Origin: a phage
Strand: one strand, 5' to 3'
Sequence record: PZ445530.1
Length of the DNA stretch: 64,000 bases
Shown here in pieces: positions 37,671 to 47,376 of this stretch. The notes below the pieces were generated by a model that was not told where the DNA came from, ran no database searches, and worked only from the letters and a program-made list of their open reading frames with translations. Each line of letters begins with the position of its first letter. Position 1 is the first letter of the stretch. The position numbers and the translations under genes are program-made.

Positions 37671-39794
37671 TCAGCAACTACAACTTCCATAGTGCTTAAC
37701 TCGCTCGATAACTTCCGCTTGCTTACCTTTATTGTAAGGACGGGAGTTAGGACTGGAAAGGTATCCAGACACTCTTCGGATCACTGAGATATATTGTTCA
37801 TCGTGGCATCCGCACGCAGGGCAGCAGAACCCTTTAGCTGTTGCACTGAACTCACCAGAGAAACCACACTTGAGACATTTATCTACAGGTTGGTTAATAC
37901 CAAAATACATAATGTGTTTATACCCGAAGTCAACAAGAGCCTCTAAAGCATCCAGGTTGTTTTTCAGGTTAGGTGTCTCTACGTATCCGATGTTGCCACC
38001 AGAGGAGATCATAGCAAAACCTTCCTCATACTCCCACTTATCAAAAGGAGAGCTATTTATCCATACTGGCTGATGGAAACTGTTGGTGAGATATTCATGC
38101 TCGTGCTTCAACACTTCCGGATATTCACGATCCAGACAGGTTGCAGCTTTATAGCATAGACTCTCAGAAGGAGTGCCGTACAAGCTAAACGCTAGTCTAC
38201 TTTCCTTCTTGTATCGCTCACAAGCATCTCTCATGTGCTGAAGGATTCCAAGAGCTAAAGCCTTGTCACCCTCTCTACCCAAAATCTGACAGGTTTCATA
38301 CACACCAATATACCCAATACTGATGGAAGCGTACCCGTCATAGAAGAGTTTATCAATACTCTCTTCAGGATCCAGGCGAGCAAGAGCTCCTTCACACCAC
38401 ATGATGGGGTTCTGCCCTGCCTTTGTTCCTTTTAGACGGTTAACCCTTACAAGGTGAGCCTCGTATGCAAGATCCAAGTATTCGTCAAGAACTGCAAAGA
38501 AATCAACACCTTCCGTCTTAGCTTTTGCCGCAATCATTGGCAGGTTAAGGCTAACAACGCCTAAGTTAAATCTGCCAAGGTATTTCTCCTCGCCTGTTTC
38601 CAAGTCATTGTATTTGCTAAGAAAACTCCTGCAACCCATGCTAGTTACTTTGCCATCTGTCGAGCCTGTCACTTTTCTATTTAGTGGTACAGATACGAAG
38701 TCAGGATAGATACGTTCTGCACAGCATTCCAGAGCTAATCGTTTCAAATCATAGTTAGGATCCCCAGGGTTCATGTTGACACCCTCTTCCAGGAAGAACA
38801 GCACTTTAGGGAACACAGGTGTGATACGTTCTTCACCAAGACCCATTTTGTGGACTTTCAAGTAGTTTTTGGTAATCATTCTACCAAAGACCGAGGTATC
38901 CAGCCCTAAACTTAATGTTATGAATGGAGTTTGCCCGTTGACAGAGGTTAACGTATTGATTTGATAGAGCAAAGTCTGCATGCTGTCAAATACGTCTTTA
39001 TCTGTCATTTGCATTGCAACAGTCTCAGCATCTGGCAACCAATGTTCCTGGCAAAATTTAAGGTTCTTCTCATAAGTTGCTTCAGCATATTGTGCCAGAT
39101 AATGATCAATATGGCTCATAGTCTGACCACCATATTGAGCACTAGCTACCGCACTAGAGATTTGGCTAAGGATTGTTGTTGCAACCCCTATTGACTTCGG
39201 CTTACTGACATGGGCGTTACCAATGTTGAATCCGTTTTCCAACATATCTGGATAATTTACCAAACAACAGTTTGTTAACGGACTGATCAAGTAGTCAAGA
39301 TCATGCACATGGATGAATCCTTTATTGTGCTCTTCGGAGACACGGTCTGGCAGGATCTGTGTTGATGCAAGGTGTTTGCTAAGAATACCTGCAAGCAGGT
39401 CGCGATGAGTGTGTACATGATTAGTAGGCTTATTTGCGTTTTCTTTTGTAAATTCATCACAAGTTCGATCCAAGAAGCCACTAATATCTGCAAGCAGTTT
39501 TCCACCTGCCTCTCTGTTATTATCTCTTGTCTGTCTATACTGGATGTATTCTCTGGCTGCACATTTTAAACCCATATCCATAAGAGCATCTTCAACAAGG
39601 ATATGGATATTTTTTACAGAGATCGTGCACTGGTCGGTTGGTAGATTGTTAGCAACAACTTCATTAACTGCACAAGCTATCCGGTAAGCTTCTTCTTCAG
39701 TATGTCCAGACTCAAGTAAGGCGGACTCTGCCGCCTTGATCACCTTAATTCCGTTATAAAACTCTTCTCTACCGTCCCGTTTTACAACTTTCAC
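37671..39794 (-). CDS. nrdD: Anaerobic ribonucleoside-triphosphate reductase
   Basis: C-terminal glycyl-radical motif RVSGY; C-terminal Zn ribbon CLKCG..CPACG; about 700 aa. Confidence 0.9.
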   Translation of the reverse strand: MKVVKRDGREEFYNGIKVIKAAESALLESGHTEEEAYRIACAVNEVVANNLPTDQCTISVKNIHILVEDALMDMGLKCAAREYIQYRQTRDNNREAGGKLLADISGFLDRTCDEFTKENANKPTNHVHTHRDLLAGILSKHLASTQILPDRVSEEHNKGFIHVHDLDYLISPLTNCCLVNYPDMLENGFNIGNAHVSKPKSIGVATTILSQISSAVASAQYGGQTMSHIDHYLAQYAEATYEKNLKFCQEHWLPDAETVAMQMTDKDVFDSMQTLLYQINTLTSVNGQTPFITLSLGLDTSVFGRMITKNYLKVHKMGLGEERITPVFPKVLFFLEEGVNMNPGDPNYDLKRLALECCAERIYPDFVSVPLNRKVTGSTDGKVTSMGCRSFLSKYNDLETGEEKYLGRFNLGVVSLNLPMIAAKAKTEGVDFFAVLDEYLDLAYEAHLVRVNRLKGTKAGQNPIMWCEGALARLDPEESIDKLFYDGYASISIGYIGVYETCQILGREGDKALALGILQHMRDACERYKKESRLAFSLYGTPSESLCYKAATCLDREYPEVLKHEHEYLTNSFHQPVWINSSPFDKWEYEEGFAMISSGGNIGYVETPNLKNNLDALEALVDFGYKHIMYFGINQPVDKCLKCGFSGEFSATAKGFCCPACGCHDEQYISVIRRVSGYLSSPNSRPYNKGKQAEVIERVKHYGSCSC

Positions 39795-40069
39795 TTTTTC
39801 TCTCCAAAACCATTCTTAACAAAAGAGATGAAATCGTCTGCACCGCCTATATGGACACTGTCAAGATCGCTTTCTAAGAAGATCTGCGGCAACGTTCTGG
39901 GGACGATTGGACTACACTTCTCAATAAGCTCTTCTTTTGTGTAGCCCTCGCCAAGTGTCTTATATACAAAAGGCAGACCTTTGCTGATTGCAAATTCTTT
40001 TGCTCTGACACAATGTGGGCAGTTATCCTTACCGTAAATGATGATGAAAAAAGATTTTTCGCAGCTCAT
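39791..40069 (-). CDS. nrdH: Glutaredoxin-like protein (NrdH-like)
   Basis: Redox motif CPHC near N-terminus; about 90 aa; between nrdB and nrdD. Confidence 0.7.
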   Translation of the reverse strand: MSCEKSFFIIIYGKDNCPHCVRAKEFAISKGLPFVYKTLGEGYTKEELIEKCSPIVPRTLPQIFLESDLDSVHIGGADDFISFVKNGFGEKK

Positions 40070-40072
40070 ATA

Positions 40073-41161
40073 TTAAAACTCCCAAATTTCTTCTTCAGCG
40101 TCGTTAACAGTTGTGTTGACGCGGTAGTCAGTGTTCGACATTTCTTGGTTCGCCGTCTGTTGCAATGAAGGTTTCATCCACACCTGCATAAACGGTAGCG
40201 GGTCCTTTGTTGGCGGCACAAAGTCTTTGTCGATGTCGTAGTAATCATAAATCGGTGAGCAGTTATAGTCAACCCACTCTTTAAGCAACGGTGAGTTAAG
40301 ACCTATAATCGCTCTTCCTTCGCTGAAAATATAGTCACTCCAGCCGTACTCTTTGGTTCGTACTTCATCAAGAATCTCTTTTAACTCCCCCTTTATCTCA
40401 AGGAAGCTTTTCTCCCATGCGGGATCATTAAGCAAGATATCAATGATGGCAAAATCACCTTTCGAATGTAGCATTTCGTCAAGCATGATTTTTTGAACAA
40501 GCTGCGCCACCTGAACAAAGATACCCTGTTCAGCTACTGCGAAAGTGCATGCAAAACTTGCAATAAACTCAATACTTTCCAGAGCTAAAAGTGCAAAAAG
40601 CGCTCTAAGAATGCATTTCCGCACAACATCTTCTTCAACACTAGAAGGATCCAGTCGGTATTTTGCACCAATAACCTCAAGCTCTTGCATGTATTTGACA
40701 ATAACTCCGGATCTGCTCAGAACGTTTTGGTTTTCCTGAATCTCTTCTATAATCTCACGGGCATTAGGGAGGCATTGTCTAACAATCTCTGAGTAAGTTA
40801 GTGCGTGAAGAACTTCAATCTCTGACTGTTTCATCAATAGAGTGAAAAGCTCACTATTAGTGATGAATGGTGAAAAGAGGCAGATGATCGATCTTGCCGC
40901 AACGCTATCAGCCTCCCATTGCCACATCAAGGTCTGCACCATCACGTCATAAGTTGACTTTGAGCATGTTACAAAATCTGAAATAGATTGCGACAAATCC
41001 ACTTCATCCTCTGCCCAATCTTGCTCTTTTTGTTTTTTGTATAGTTCAAACAGTTGTGGATATTTTTTGTTGATAGAGTCGTACATACCCATTTGCTGTC
41101 CCAGAAACAGCGGATAGTCACCAGTTTTATGAGCGGTGTTCTCAGCATTAAATACAGCCAT
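40073..41161 (-). CDS. nrdB: Ribonucleotide reductase class Ia small subunit
   Basis: N-terminus resembles E. coli NrdB; start moved to MAVFNAEN with SD agaggtag; next to nrdA. Confidence 0.85.
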   Translation of the reverse strand: MAVFNAENTAHKTGDYPLFLGQQMGMYDSINKKYPQLFELYKKQKEQDWAEDEVDLSQSISDFVTCSKSTYDVMVQTLMWQWEADSVAARSIICLFSPFITNSELFTLLMKQSEIEVLHALTYSEIVRQCLPNAREIIEEIQENQNVLSRSGVIVKYMQELEVIGAKYRLDPSSVEEDVVRKCILRALFALLALESIEFIASFACTFAVAEQGIFVQVAQLVQKIMLDEMLHSKGDFAIIDILLNDPAWEKSFLEIKGELKEILDEVRTKEYGWSDYIFSEGRAIIGLNSPLLKEWVDYNCSPIYDYYDIDKDFVPPTKDPLPFMQVWMKPSLQQTANQEMSNTDYRVNTTVNDAEEEIWEF

Positions 41162-41199
41162 TATTCTACCTCTAAAATGGGGCCGAAGCCCCTTTAAAA

Positions 41200-43515
41200 T
41201 TATAGTGCACAGCTTTCGCAATACGGATCTTCAACTGAACTATCTGCAATCAAAGGATAGTTCTTTCTGGTTTCATCTTCAGCCTGTTTCTTGGCATGAA
41301 GTTCCTCTGCCAAGGAGTCACCAGCACCAACCCTAGAGTTTAAATAATACCATGTCTTCATCCCGAATTTAGTGGCACGGATAAGGTACCCTAACTGCTC
41401 CTTCATTGAAATTTTACCATCTTTCAACTTGGTGTAGTCTATGTATAAATCCGCGCTGATTGCCTGACCTGTGAATTTTTGAATCACGGCATACATATCG
41501 ATCATGTCGTTAGTATCAACGTCCCAAGCCGAGGTGTAATACTCTTTCAACTCATCATAGTCAGGAACGATAAACAGCACCTGCCCTTGTGGCGACTTTT
41601 TAAAGATAATGTGCTCACGGACAGGATAAACCCCGTTAGTGGTGTTTGTTGCCAGCGAAGAGCTTTCATTAGGCATATATGCTTCAAGAACGCTATTACG
41701 TAGCCCACCATTCTCAATGATTTCTTTACGTAACCCTTCCCAATCCTGTTTAAGAGAAGGATCTTTCACCACGCTATCGACCTCTTTGTTATAGGTGTCG
41801 ATTGGTAACCAACCTTCTGGATATTTTGTTTTATGCATCCACTCGCAGACACCACGCTCTTTTGCCAACCGTAAACTTGCCTTATGCAAGCTGTAGCTGT
41901 GAAGTTCTGCAAGATCGTGAACGAGCTGTTTACTTTCAGGAGACCCGTAAGTAACCTTGTGGCTGGCAATAAAATGTGCAACATTGGTAAGGCCAACCCC
42001 GATGGATCTGCGTTTTTTAACTGTGCTTTCCATATTTTCATACGGATATGTCATGATTTCCATAACATTGTCAATCATAAGCACCGTGTAGTATGCAACA
42101 TCCTCATACTCCTCTGGAGTAACCCTTCCAGCTACAAGAGATGACAGGAAGCACAATGCAACCTCTCCATCATCAGCATCGTACTTGAAGATATTACGCA
42201 TATCTGAATAGCCTTTTGTCGGGAGGGCTATTTCTGCACACAGGTTACTTGAATAGATCACATCTTTAAAAGGTGTATGTCTATTCATCTCATCTGTCCA
42301 GTATACATACAGCCTTCCCACCTCAGTACGCTGCGTGATCAGTTCAACAGCAAGATCTCTGGCTCGGATCCATGTTTTAGGAATACTGTCATCTTTAGCA
42401 ATACGCTCAACCTCTGCATCGAACTCCTCCATAGACATGGTGAAGATACCCTCATGCAGTTGAGGAGCGTGCTTATAAGAAACAAGCATCCAATCTAAAT
42501 TCTTAGCCACACGGTTGATAAACGACCTATTAATACCGATGGAGTAGTCCATGGTGTTGATTCTTTTTGAAGCAACAGTCATAGGGTTTCTCAAACGGAT
42601 TAGCTCATCAATCTGCGGGTCCAGTGCAAGGAATGATACTGTTGCAGAACCGCCACGTGATTGTTGTCTGTTCTCCTTAACACCAGCATCAATACCTCGA
42701 TAATATGGAATCTTACCCATATGTTTAATAGTGTTACCACGAACACCATCGCCTGCAGATCTTGAGGATAAGTAGTAGCCGATACCTGCTTGGTTAACCG
42801 TCATTGTGTACGCAACTTCACGTGCCACACCAATAGATTTTGCTGTATCGTCAGCTTTTATTACACAACAAGATGCATACCCTGTCTTACCTGTGCGCAG
42901 CCCGTTTAAGTACGGTGTCGGGGCATTGATCTTTAAGTCGGACAGATAAGTGTATAATTTTACAACATCGTTGATACGACGTTCTTTCGGCATATTCTTC
43001 ATGACAGCCATTGCTATCCCCATAAACATCATCTGGGGAGATTCAAACAAGGTGTCTTTAAGAGTATCCTTGATCCCGTATTTGTCGCGAAACTGTTTAA
43101 GGACTGCATAGCCATAACCGAGATCTTTACTGTGGTCAATAACAGCGTCTAAAGTGTTTAGCTCGGTAAAGCTATAACCCATATCCTCCCAATAACCTTT
43201 CTCAACCATGTCATTGTAAAATGATGGTAAGGAAGGGATCTTTGTAAACCCTCCAAAAGCCTCTTTATAGATCTGACCAATAAGAACACGACCAGCCATA
43301 CGGGAATGTGCTTCGTCTTTACGGCTAACACAAGAGTCTATAATAGCTTGGTTAACTTCTTTGGTTGTACATCCATCATACAACCGCTTGTAGGCATCCA
43401 GTGCAATATGTGACCAATTGCCGTTACCATCGTCACCGAAAATAGCTGCCTTATTTAAACGTTCTGGATCGAATGCTACTTCACATCCGTTGCTTTTAAT
43501 TACCTTGGTGATCAA
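41200..43515 (-). CDS. nrdA: Ribonucleotide reductase class Ia large subunit
   Basis: N-terminal ATP-cone; C-terminal CESCAL redox cysteines; about 770 aa. Confidence 0.9.
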   Translation of the reverse strand: MITKVIKSNGCEVAFDPERLNKAAIFGDDGNGNWSHIALDAYKRLYDGCTTKEVNQAIIDSCVSRKDEAHSRMAGRVLIGQIYKEAFGGFTKIPSLPSFYNDMVEKGYWEDMGYSFTELNTLDAVIDHSKDLGYGYAVLKQFRDKYGIKDTLKDTLFESPQMMFMGIAMAVMKNMPKERRINDVVKLYTYLSDLKINAPTPYLNGLRTGKTGYASCCVIKADDTAKSIGVAREVAYTMTVNQAGIGYYLSSRSAGDGVRGNTIKHMGKIPYYRGIDAGVKENRQQSRGGSATVSFLALDPQIDELIRLRNPMTVASKRINTMDYSIGINRSFINRVAKNLDWMLVSYKHAPQLHEGIFTMSMEEFDAEVERIAKDDSIPKTWIRARDLAVELITQRTEVGRLYVYWTDEMNRHTPFKDVIYSSNLCAEIALPTKGYSDMRNIFKYDADDGEVALCFLSSLVAGRVTPEEYEDVAYYTVLMIDNVMEIMTYPYENMESTVKKRRSIGVGLTNVAHFIASHKVTYGSPESKQLVHDLAELHSYSLHKASLRLAKERGVCEWMHKTKYPEGWLPIDTYNKEVDSVVKDPSLKQDWEGLRKEIIENGGLRNSVLEAYMPNESSSLATNTTNGVYPVREHIIFKKSPQGQVLFIVPDYDELKEYYTSAWDVDTNDMIDMYAVIQKFTGQAISADLYIDYTKLKDGKISMKEQLGYLIRATKFGMKTWYYLNSRVGAGDSLAEELHAKKQAEDETRKNYPLIADSSVEDPYCESCAL

Positions 43516-43742
43516 TTTGCTTCCTCCACTTCACTAACGTATTTATCAAGGCAGGTATCAGTATCTTGCTGGATAAAAGTATCCTCTTCTACAGAGATAT
43601 TTATAATTTTACCTGTATACTCGTCATAATAGACATCATCATACATTTTAATATCGTTTGTCAGGCCATTGAACCAAAGCCAACCAACATACTCTGCCCG
43701 ACTTGCAAAACCAAGATCCTTCCACTTGGAGTTATGACTCAT
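43512..43742 (-). CDS. hypothetical protein
   Basis: Start moved to MSHNSKW with SD aaggtgg. Confidence 0.4.
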   Translation of the reverse strand: MSHNSKWKDLGFASRAEYVGWLWFNGLTNDIKMYDDVYYDEYTGKIINISVEEDTFIQQDTDTCLDKYVSEVEEAN

Positions 43743-43752
43743 CTTCACCACC

Positions 43753-44253
43753 TTAGCTTTCAATACCGAATAATTTTTCCAGGCGATGCAGATCTTCAAA
43801 ATTGAAAGGTTCATCAACAATATGAATATCTTCAGCCTTTTCAGATTGTTTTGTATACTTTCTTACATTAACACGATCCTCTACAGGGATATCATACGGG
43901 AGATCTTGAACAAGCATTGCCTCACCAGGTGCTTTATCTACATCTAAAATATCTACACCGTTATACATTTGTGGGTATCTAAAGTCTGCACGCATGACAC
44001 CAGCAAATACATCTGCCTTTCGATAATGTGTTGGCTTATTTTTGCATCGAACGTTTTTTCCACGAAGAACATCAATACTTTTTAAATCAAACCCTACGGC
44101 AAAGAGTGCAGCTCGGAGACCGTTTCGTGTGCGAACGTTAAACCCGGGGACGGTAGATAGAAAATCTAAAGTAACTGAAATAAATGTCTTTTTAGGAATC
44201 ATAACATTACTCATATCTGTCTCCATTTCTGGCTCACCAACAAAGTGAGCCAT
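43753..44253 (-). CDS. hypothetical protein
   Basis: ORF. Confidence 0.45.
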   Translation of the reverse strand: MAHFVGEPEMETDMSNVMIPKKTFISVTLDFLSTVPGFNVRTRNGLRAALFAVGFDLKSIDVLRGKNVRCKNKPTHYRKADVFAGVMRADFRYPQMYNGVDILDVDKAPGEAMLVQDLPYDIPVEDRVNVRKYTKQSEKAEDIHIVDEPFNFEDLHRLEKLFGIES

Positions 44254-44312
44254 TATTATAGATTATCTAATACTATTAGTCAACACAAAAGTTACCTATC
44301 GCTGTGATAGGA

Positions 44313-45296
44313 TTAACCTTTCACGAAGTGGTTATTAAGCAGTTGTCTGTGCTGAACCCACCCACAAAAGTTGGCAGACCAGAATTTACCATCACGGTCT
44401 TGATGGGTTACACCTTCCTGCCAAGTACTGATGTCTTGTGTGATTTCACATGAAGACAGGTAGTAGTTTAAACGTTCCATTGCATTATCGTGATCCATAG
44501 GTGTTGCCTGGTGCTCGTAAGGGCTTGCATGAATACGATCCCCACCAATCAATTTTTTAGCAACACTATCTGCCTTTTCAAACGTGCTGTCAATATTTCG
44601 ATAAGATACTTGTGCACAGCAACTAGCACTGATAGACAGAGCTTCTTTAGTATCGAGAATGCAAAGCTTTCCTTCTGTGTCACGTACAGCGTAGTTAAAC
44701 TCTCCGTCCAAATAAACGTGCTCTACATATGGGGTGTGCCATTGACCCGGTTTAAGGATTTCAGGAGTGCTATTCTCAAGAGCCTCCCACATACAATTAG
44801 CTAACATCTGAATCGTAGGATCCGCATCGTGCCAGCAACGGAGGTGGAAAAAATTATTCCACTCGGTGCTTGTTACAACTGTTTTCATGCGCTGGAACGG
44901 CTCCACTAAGCGGTTACATACTTGCTTATGGTAACCAGCAAGGGCGAACTTCTCTGCATGCCAAGCGGCGTTTTTTGCAGCTTCTTTCCAAAACTCTTCA
45001 GGAGTTAGCTCCATGTCAGTGTACTCTACACGGATCTTTTGATCGTGTTCCCCACCATCTTCCATTCCTCGCTTATTTACACCGAAGCGAACTGGCATTG
45101 CCGGATTCTCCACAATCTGTTGCAGCATCTTGCCGACAGGTACTGCACGGGAAGACATGGCGTTTCTGCTGAACACTCGGTGCGTCATAAGCTCTGAGTG
45201 AATAATTCGAGGATACTCTAGTTCAAAAGTGGTGATACGCTTACCTTTCTCGGAAATGCTGTCAGCAATAATCTTTGCAGTGCACAGTTTTAGCAT
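44313..45296 (-). CDS. thyX: Flavin-dependent thymidylate synthase (ThyX-like)
   Basis: ThyX-type signature variant THRVFSRNAMSSRA (RHR-x7-S pattern); location in nucleotide-metabolism cluster. Confidence 0.6.
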   Translation of the reverse strand: MLKLCTAKIIADSISEKGKRITTFELEYPRIIHSELMTHRVFSRNAMSSRAVPVGKMLQQIVENPAMPVRFGVNKRGMEDGGEHDQKIRVEYTDMELTPEEFWKEAAKNAAWHAEKFALAGYHKQVCNRLVEPFQRMKTVVTSTEWNNFFHLRCWHDADPTIQMLANCMWEALENSTPEILKPGQWHTPYVEHVYLDGEFNYAVRDTEGKLCILDTKEALSISASCCAQVSYRNIDSTFEKADSVAKKLIGGDRIHASPYEHQATPMDHDNAMERLNYYLSSCEITQDISTWQEGVTHQDRDGKFWSANFCGWVQHRQLLNNHFVKG

Positions 45297-45496
45297 TATT
45301 TAGCTCTCCTTGTTTTAATTTTGGAAATTTCGTCTGGGTTTATGTTGGCCTTAAATGCAAGGTATCTGTTGAACATGTCAGAGCACATATCTTGGGTGAT
45401 CCTAGAGGCATACACTAGCTTACCTCCTAGATCATACACCTCTAGCCAGTCACCATATCTGACTACAGGATCGCCACCTTTAGAACATCTGCCCAT
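45296..45496 (-). CDS. hypothetical protein
   Basis: ORF. Confidence 0.4.
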   Translation of the reverse strand: MGRCSKGGDPVVRYGDWLEVYDLGGKLVYASRITQDMCSDMFNRYLAFKANINPDEISKIKTRRAK

Positions 45497-45497
45497 T

Positions 45498-46091
45498 TCA
45501 AATACCTTCTAAAAATTTTCCTATTTTATACCAGCTATTAGCGGTATAGTCAACACTGACCTTTAACTCCTCGAATTGCTCATAAGGCGTATCTTTTAGG
45601 ATTTTAATAACTTCAGGTCGTGAAGCGAATTGGTTCAGGTATTCATGCCTGTCGTCAATTATAACATCTACAGCCACATTCCCTTTGAAATGTGTGGCGT
45701 AGAAGCCGTGGCCCTGGGTGTGGTCGTCCAGATCCATAAAATCACTGGTCCAACGCTTTAAGAACCTTGATTTAGATGCAAGGTGACCTTTCTTGCATAC
45801 CGAGATAAATGCAAGCTTGTGACCACGAGCCACCAAATCTTTCATAACCTCAATAGCCCCCTCTTCAGGCTTAAGGAAGTCGTAGAGGAACGGATCACTC
45901 CAGAAATCAAAAGGTCCTATGATGTTTTCTTTGGGACGATCAGGCCAATACTTTGACAGATCGTAATACATTAGCCCATTAGAAGGTTTAGCTACTGTCT
46001 TACTGGCTGGACCATACAAACGCTCCAACCACTCCCACCATGCTGTTCCTGAATCTACCAGTGTCAGATCTACATCAATTCCGATTAACAT
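45498..46091 (-). CDS. HAD-superfamily 5'(3')-deoxyribonucleotidase-like phosphatase
   Basis: HAD motif I IDVDLTL (DxDxT); downstream DVIIDDR motif. Confidence 0.6.
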   Translation of the reverse strand: MLIGIDVDLTLVDSGTAWWEWLERLYGPASKTVAKPSNGLMYYDLSKYWPDRPKENIIGPFDFWSDPFLYDFLKPEEGAIEVMKDLVARGHKLAFISVCKKGHLASKSRFLKRWTSDFMDLDDHTQGHGFYATHFKGNVAVDVIIDDRHEYLNQFASRPEVIKILKDTPYEQFEELKVSVDYTANSWYKIGKFLEGI

Positions 46092-46699
46092 TCTTCTTGG
46101 GCCTCTTTAACATCAATATACTTGCACACAATCTCCGATGCACACTCCCAAGGTGCACCTTCAGGGTTTACAACATCAAACTCAACCCCTTTTATTCCGT
46201 TCTTTTCCAGACTTAGATAGGTTCTGGAATCATTTCCCCAGTCATATCCTACACGGTGAATACGGAACAACAACAGATCTCCACCTGTGCTGTATGCGTA
46301 CTCGCTAAGGCATGCCAGCTCCTCTTTGAATCCCCCATCGGAGTAAACAATAACCCCTTTACCTTCAGGGAAATCTTTCTTCAAAGATGCGACTGCGGCT
46401 TTACCGAAAGCATCTTCACCAAAGATAGGTTTAATCAGATTTTCACTACAATGGATCATCCATTCTCGCGGAGAAACATGCTTGCCGTCTATCATTAAGA
46501 AAGGGCAAGGCTCTTCTTTGTAGTGGCGGTCATAAAGTGCATTCCAGAGTTGAGGAGTTACACCAGCTGCCTTAATTGCCACACTGAAGAGCATTTCCTT
46601 AACCTCACGGTGGTGTGAGTTAGGAATAGCTTCCAACAAGAGATCTGCAATGTGATCCTTACCACTGCTGGGTGGGGCGTTAAGAACAATAATATCCAT
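46085..46699 (-). CDS. Deoxynucleoside monophosphate kinase (T4 gp1-like)
   Basis: N-terminal P-loop IVLNAPPSSGKDHIAD resembling T4 dNMP kinase. Confidence 0.6.
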   Translation of the reverse strand: MDIIVLNAPPSSGKDHIADLLLEAIPNSHHREVKEMLFSVAIKAAGVTPQLWNALYDRHYKEEPCPFLMIDGKHVSPREWMIHCSENLIKPIFGEDAFGKAAVASLKKDFPEGKGVIVYSDGGFKEELACLSEYAYSTGGDLLLFRIHRVGYDWGNDSRTYLSLEKNGIKGVEFDVVNPEGAPWECASEIVCKYIDVKEAQEEC

Positions 46700-46902
46700 T
46701 AAAAACCTCCGTGGTATTCTTCAACTGCATCAATAATACTTTTACACTTATCTACCAGCTCGTTAGCCACTACAGCATCGTCTTCCCAAACAGCCTCCTC
46801 AATCTGATCAAGCAATGATCGCATCTTACTCATCATTTCTGGGATAAAGTTTTCTGAAAAGCTGTCTGGAATTGTTAACTCTAGTGTCATTTCGGTCTCC
46901 AA
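46699..46902 (-). CDS. hypothetical acidic protein
   Basis: ORF. Confidence 0.4.
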   Translation of the reverse strand: METEMTLELTIPDSFSENFIPEMMSKMRSLLDQIEEAVWEDDAVVANELVDKCKSIIDAVEEYHGGF

Positions 46903-46917
46903 TCATACTATGCGTTA

Positions 46918-47376
46918 TTAGAAGTTTGTTTTTACACGTCCCTTCTCATCAACCTCGTTGTTAGCTAAAAGCGTTACAAAGTCTGTGAAACGAACATGAA
47001 GAACCCTTTTCTTATCAAGGTATCCTAAAGCCACCCCTGAGAAATTTAGCATCAAAGGGGCTAAAGAAGCTCTGGCACTGAAATGCTGTTGTTCTACCCT
47101 TCCAACACCCTTAGTGTAGGATGGGTTAAGATTGTAAGTTCTGAATCCCAGTTTTGTTGGAGCTTTAGAATTAAAAACGACTTTATAGCGTTTCTTACTC
47201 AACTTATGCTCCAGGATAAGCATTCCCTTATCACCTTTGATAAGTTGAAAATCTGTAAAGTGCTCTTTTAAGACGAAAGGTAGTGCCAGTCCCATCGCCT
47301 GTCCTCTTTGTACCGCTGTCTCACCAAAAGCTTTTGCATCAGTAAGTTCTTTGGTCAAGTCTATGCTTTTGATCAT
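46918..47376 (-). CDS. hypothetical protein
   Basis: ORF; SD ggaga upstream. Confidence 0.45.
   Translation of the reverse strand: MIKSIDLTKELTDAKAFGETAVQRGQAMGLALPFVLKEHFTDFQLIKGDKGMLILEHKLSKKRYKVVFNSKAPTKLGFRTYNLNPSYTKGVGRVEQQHFSARASLAPLMLNFSGVALGYLDKKRVLHVRFTDFVTLLANNEVDEKGRVKTNF

Noticed and set aside
38961-45172. Plus-strand ORFs inside nrdD, nrdB, nrdA and thyX (e.g. 38961..39194, 40545..40739, 41884..42144, 44870..45172)
   Set aside because: Antisense to strongly supported genes and without translation signals.
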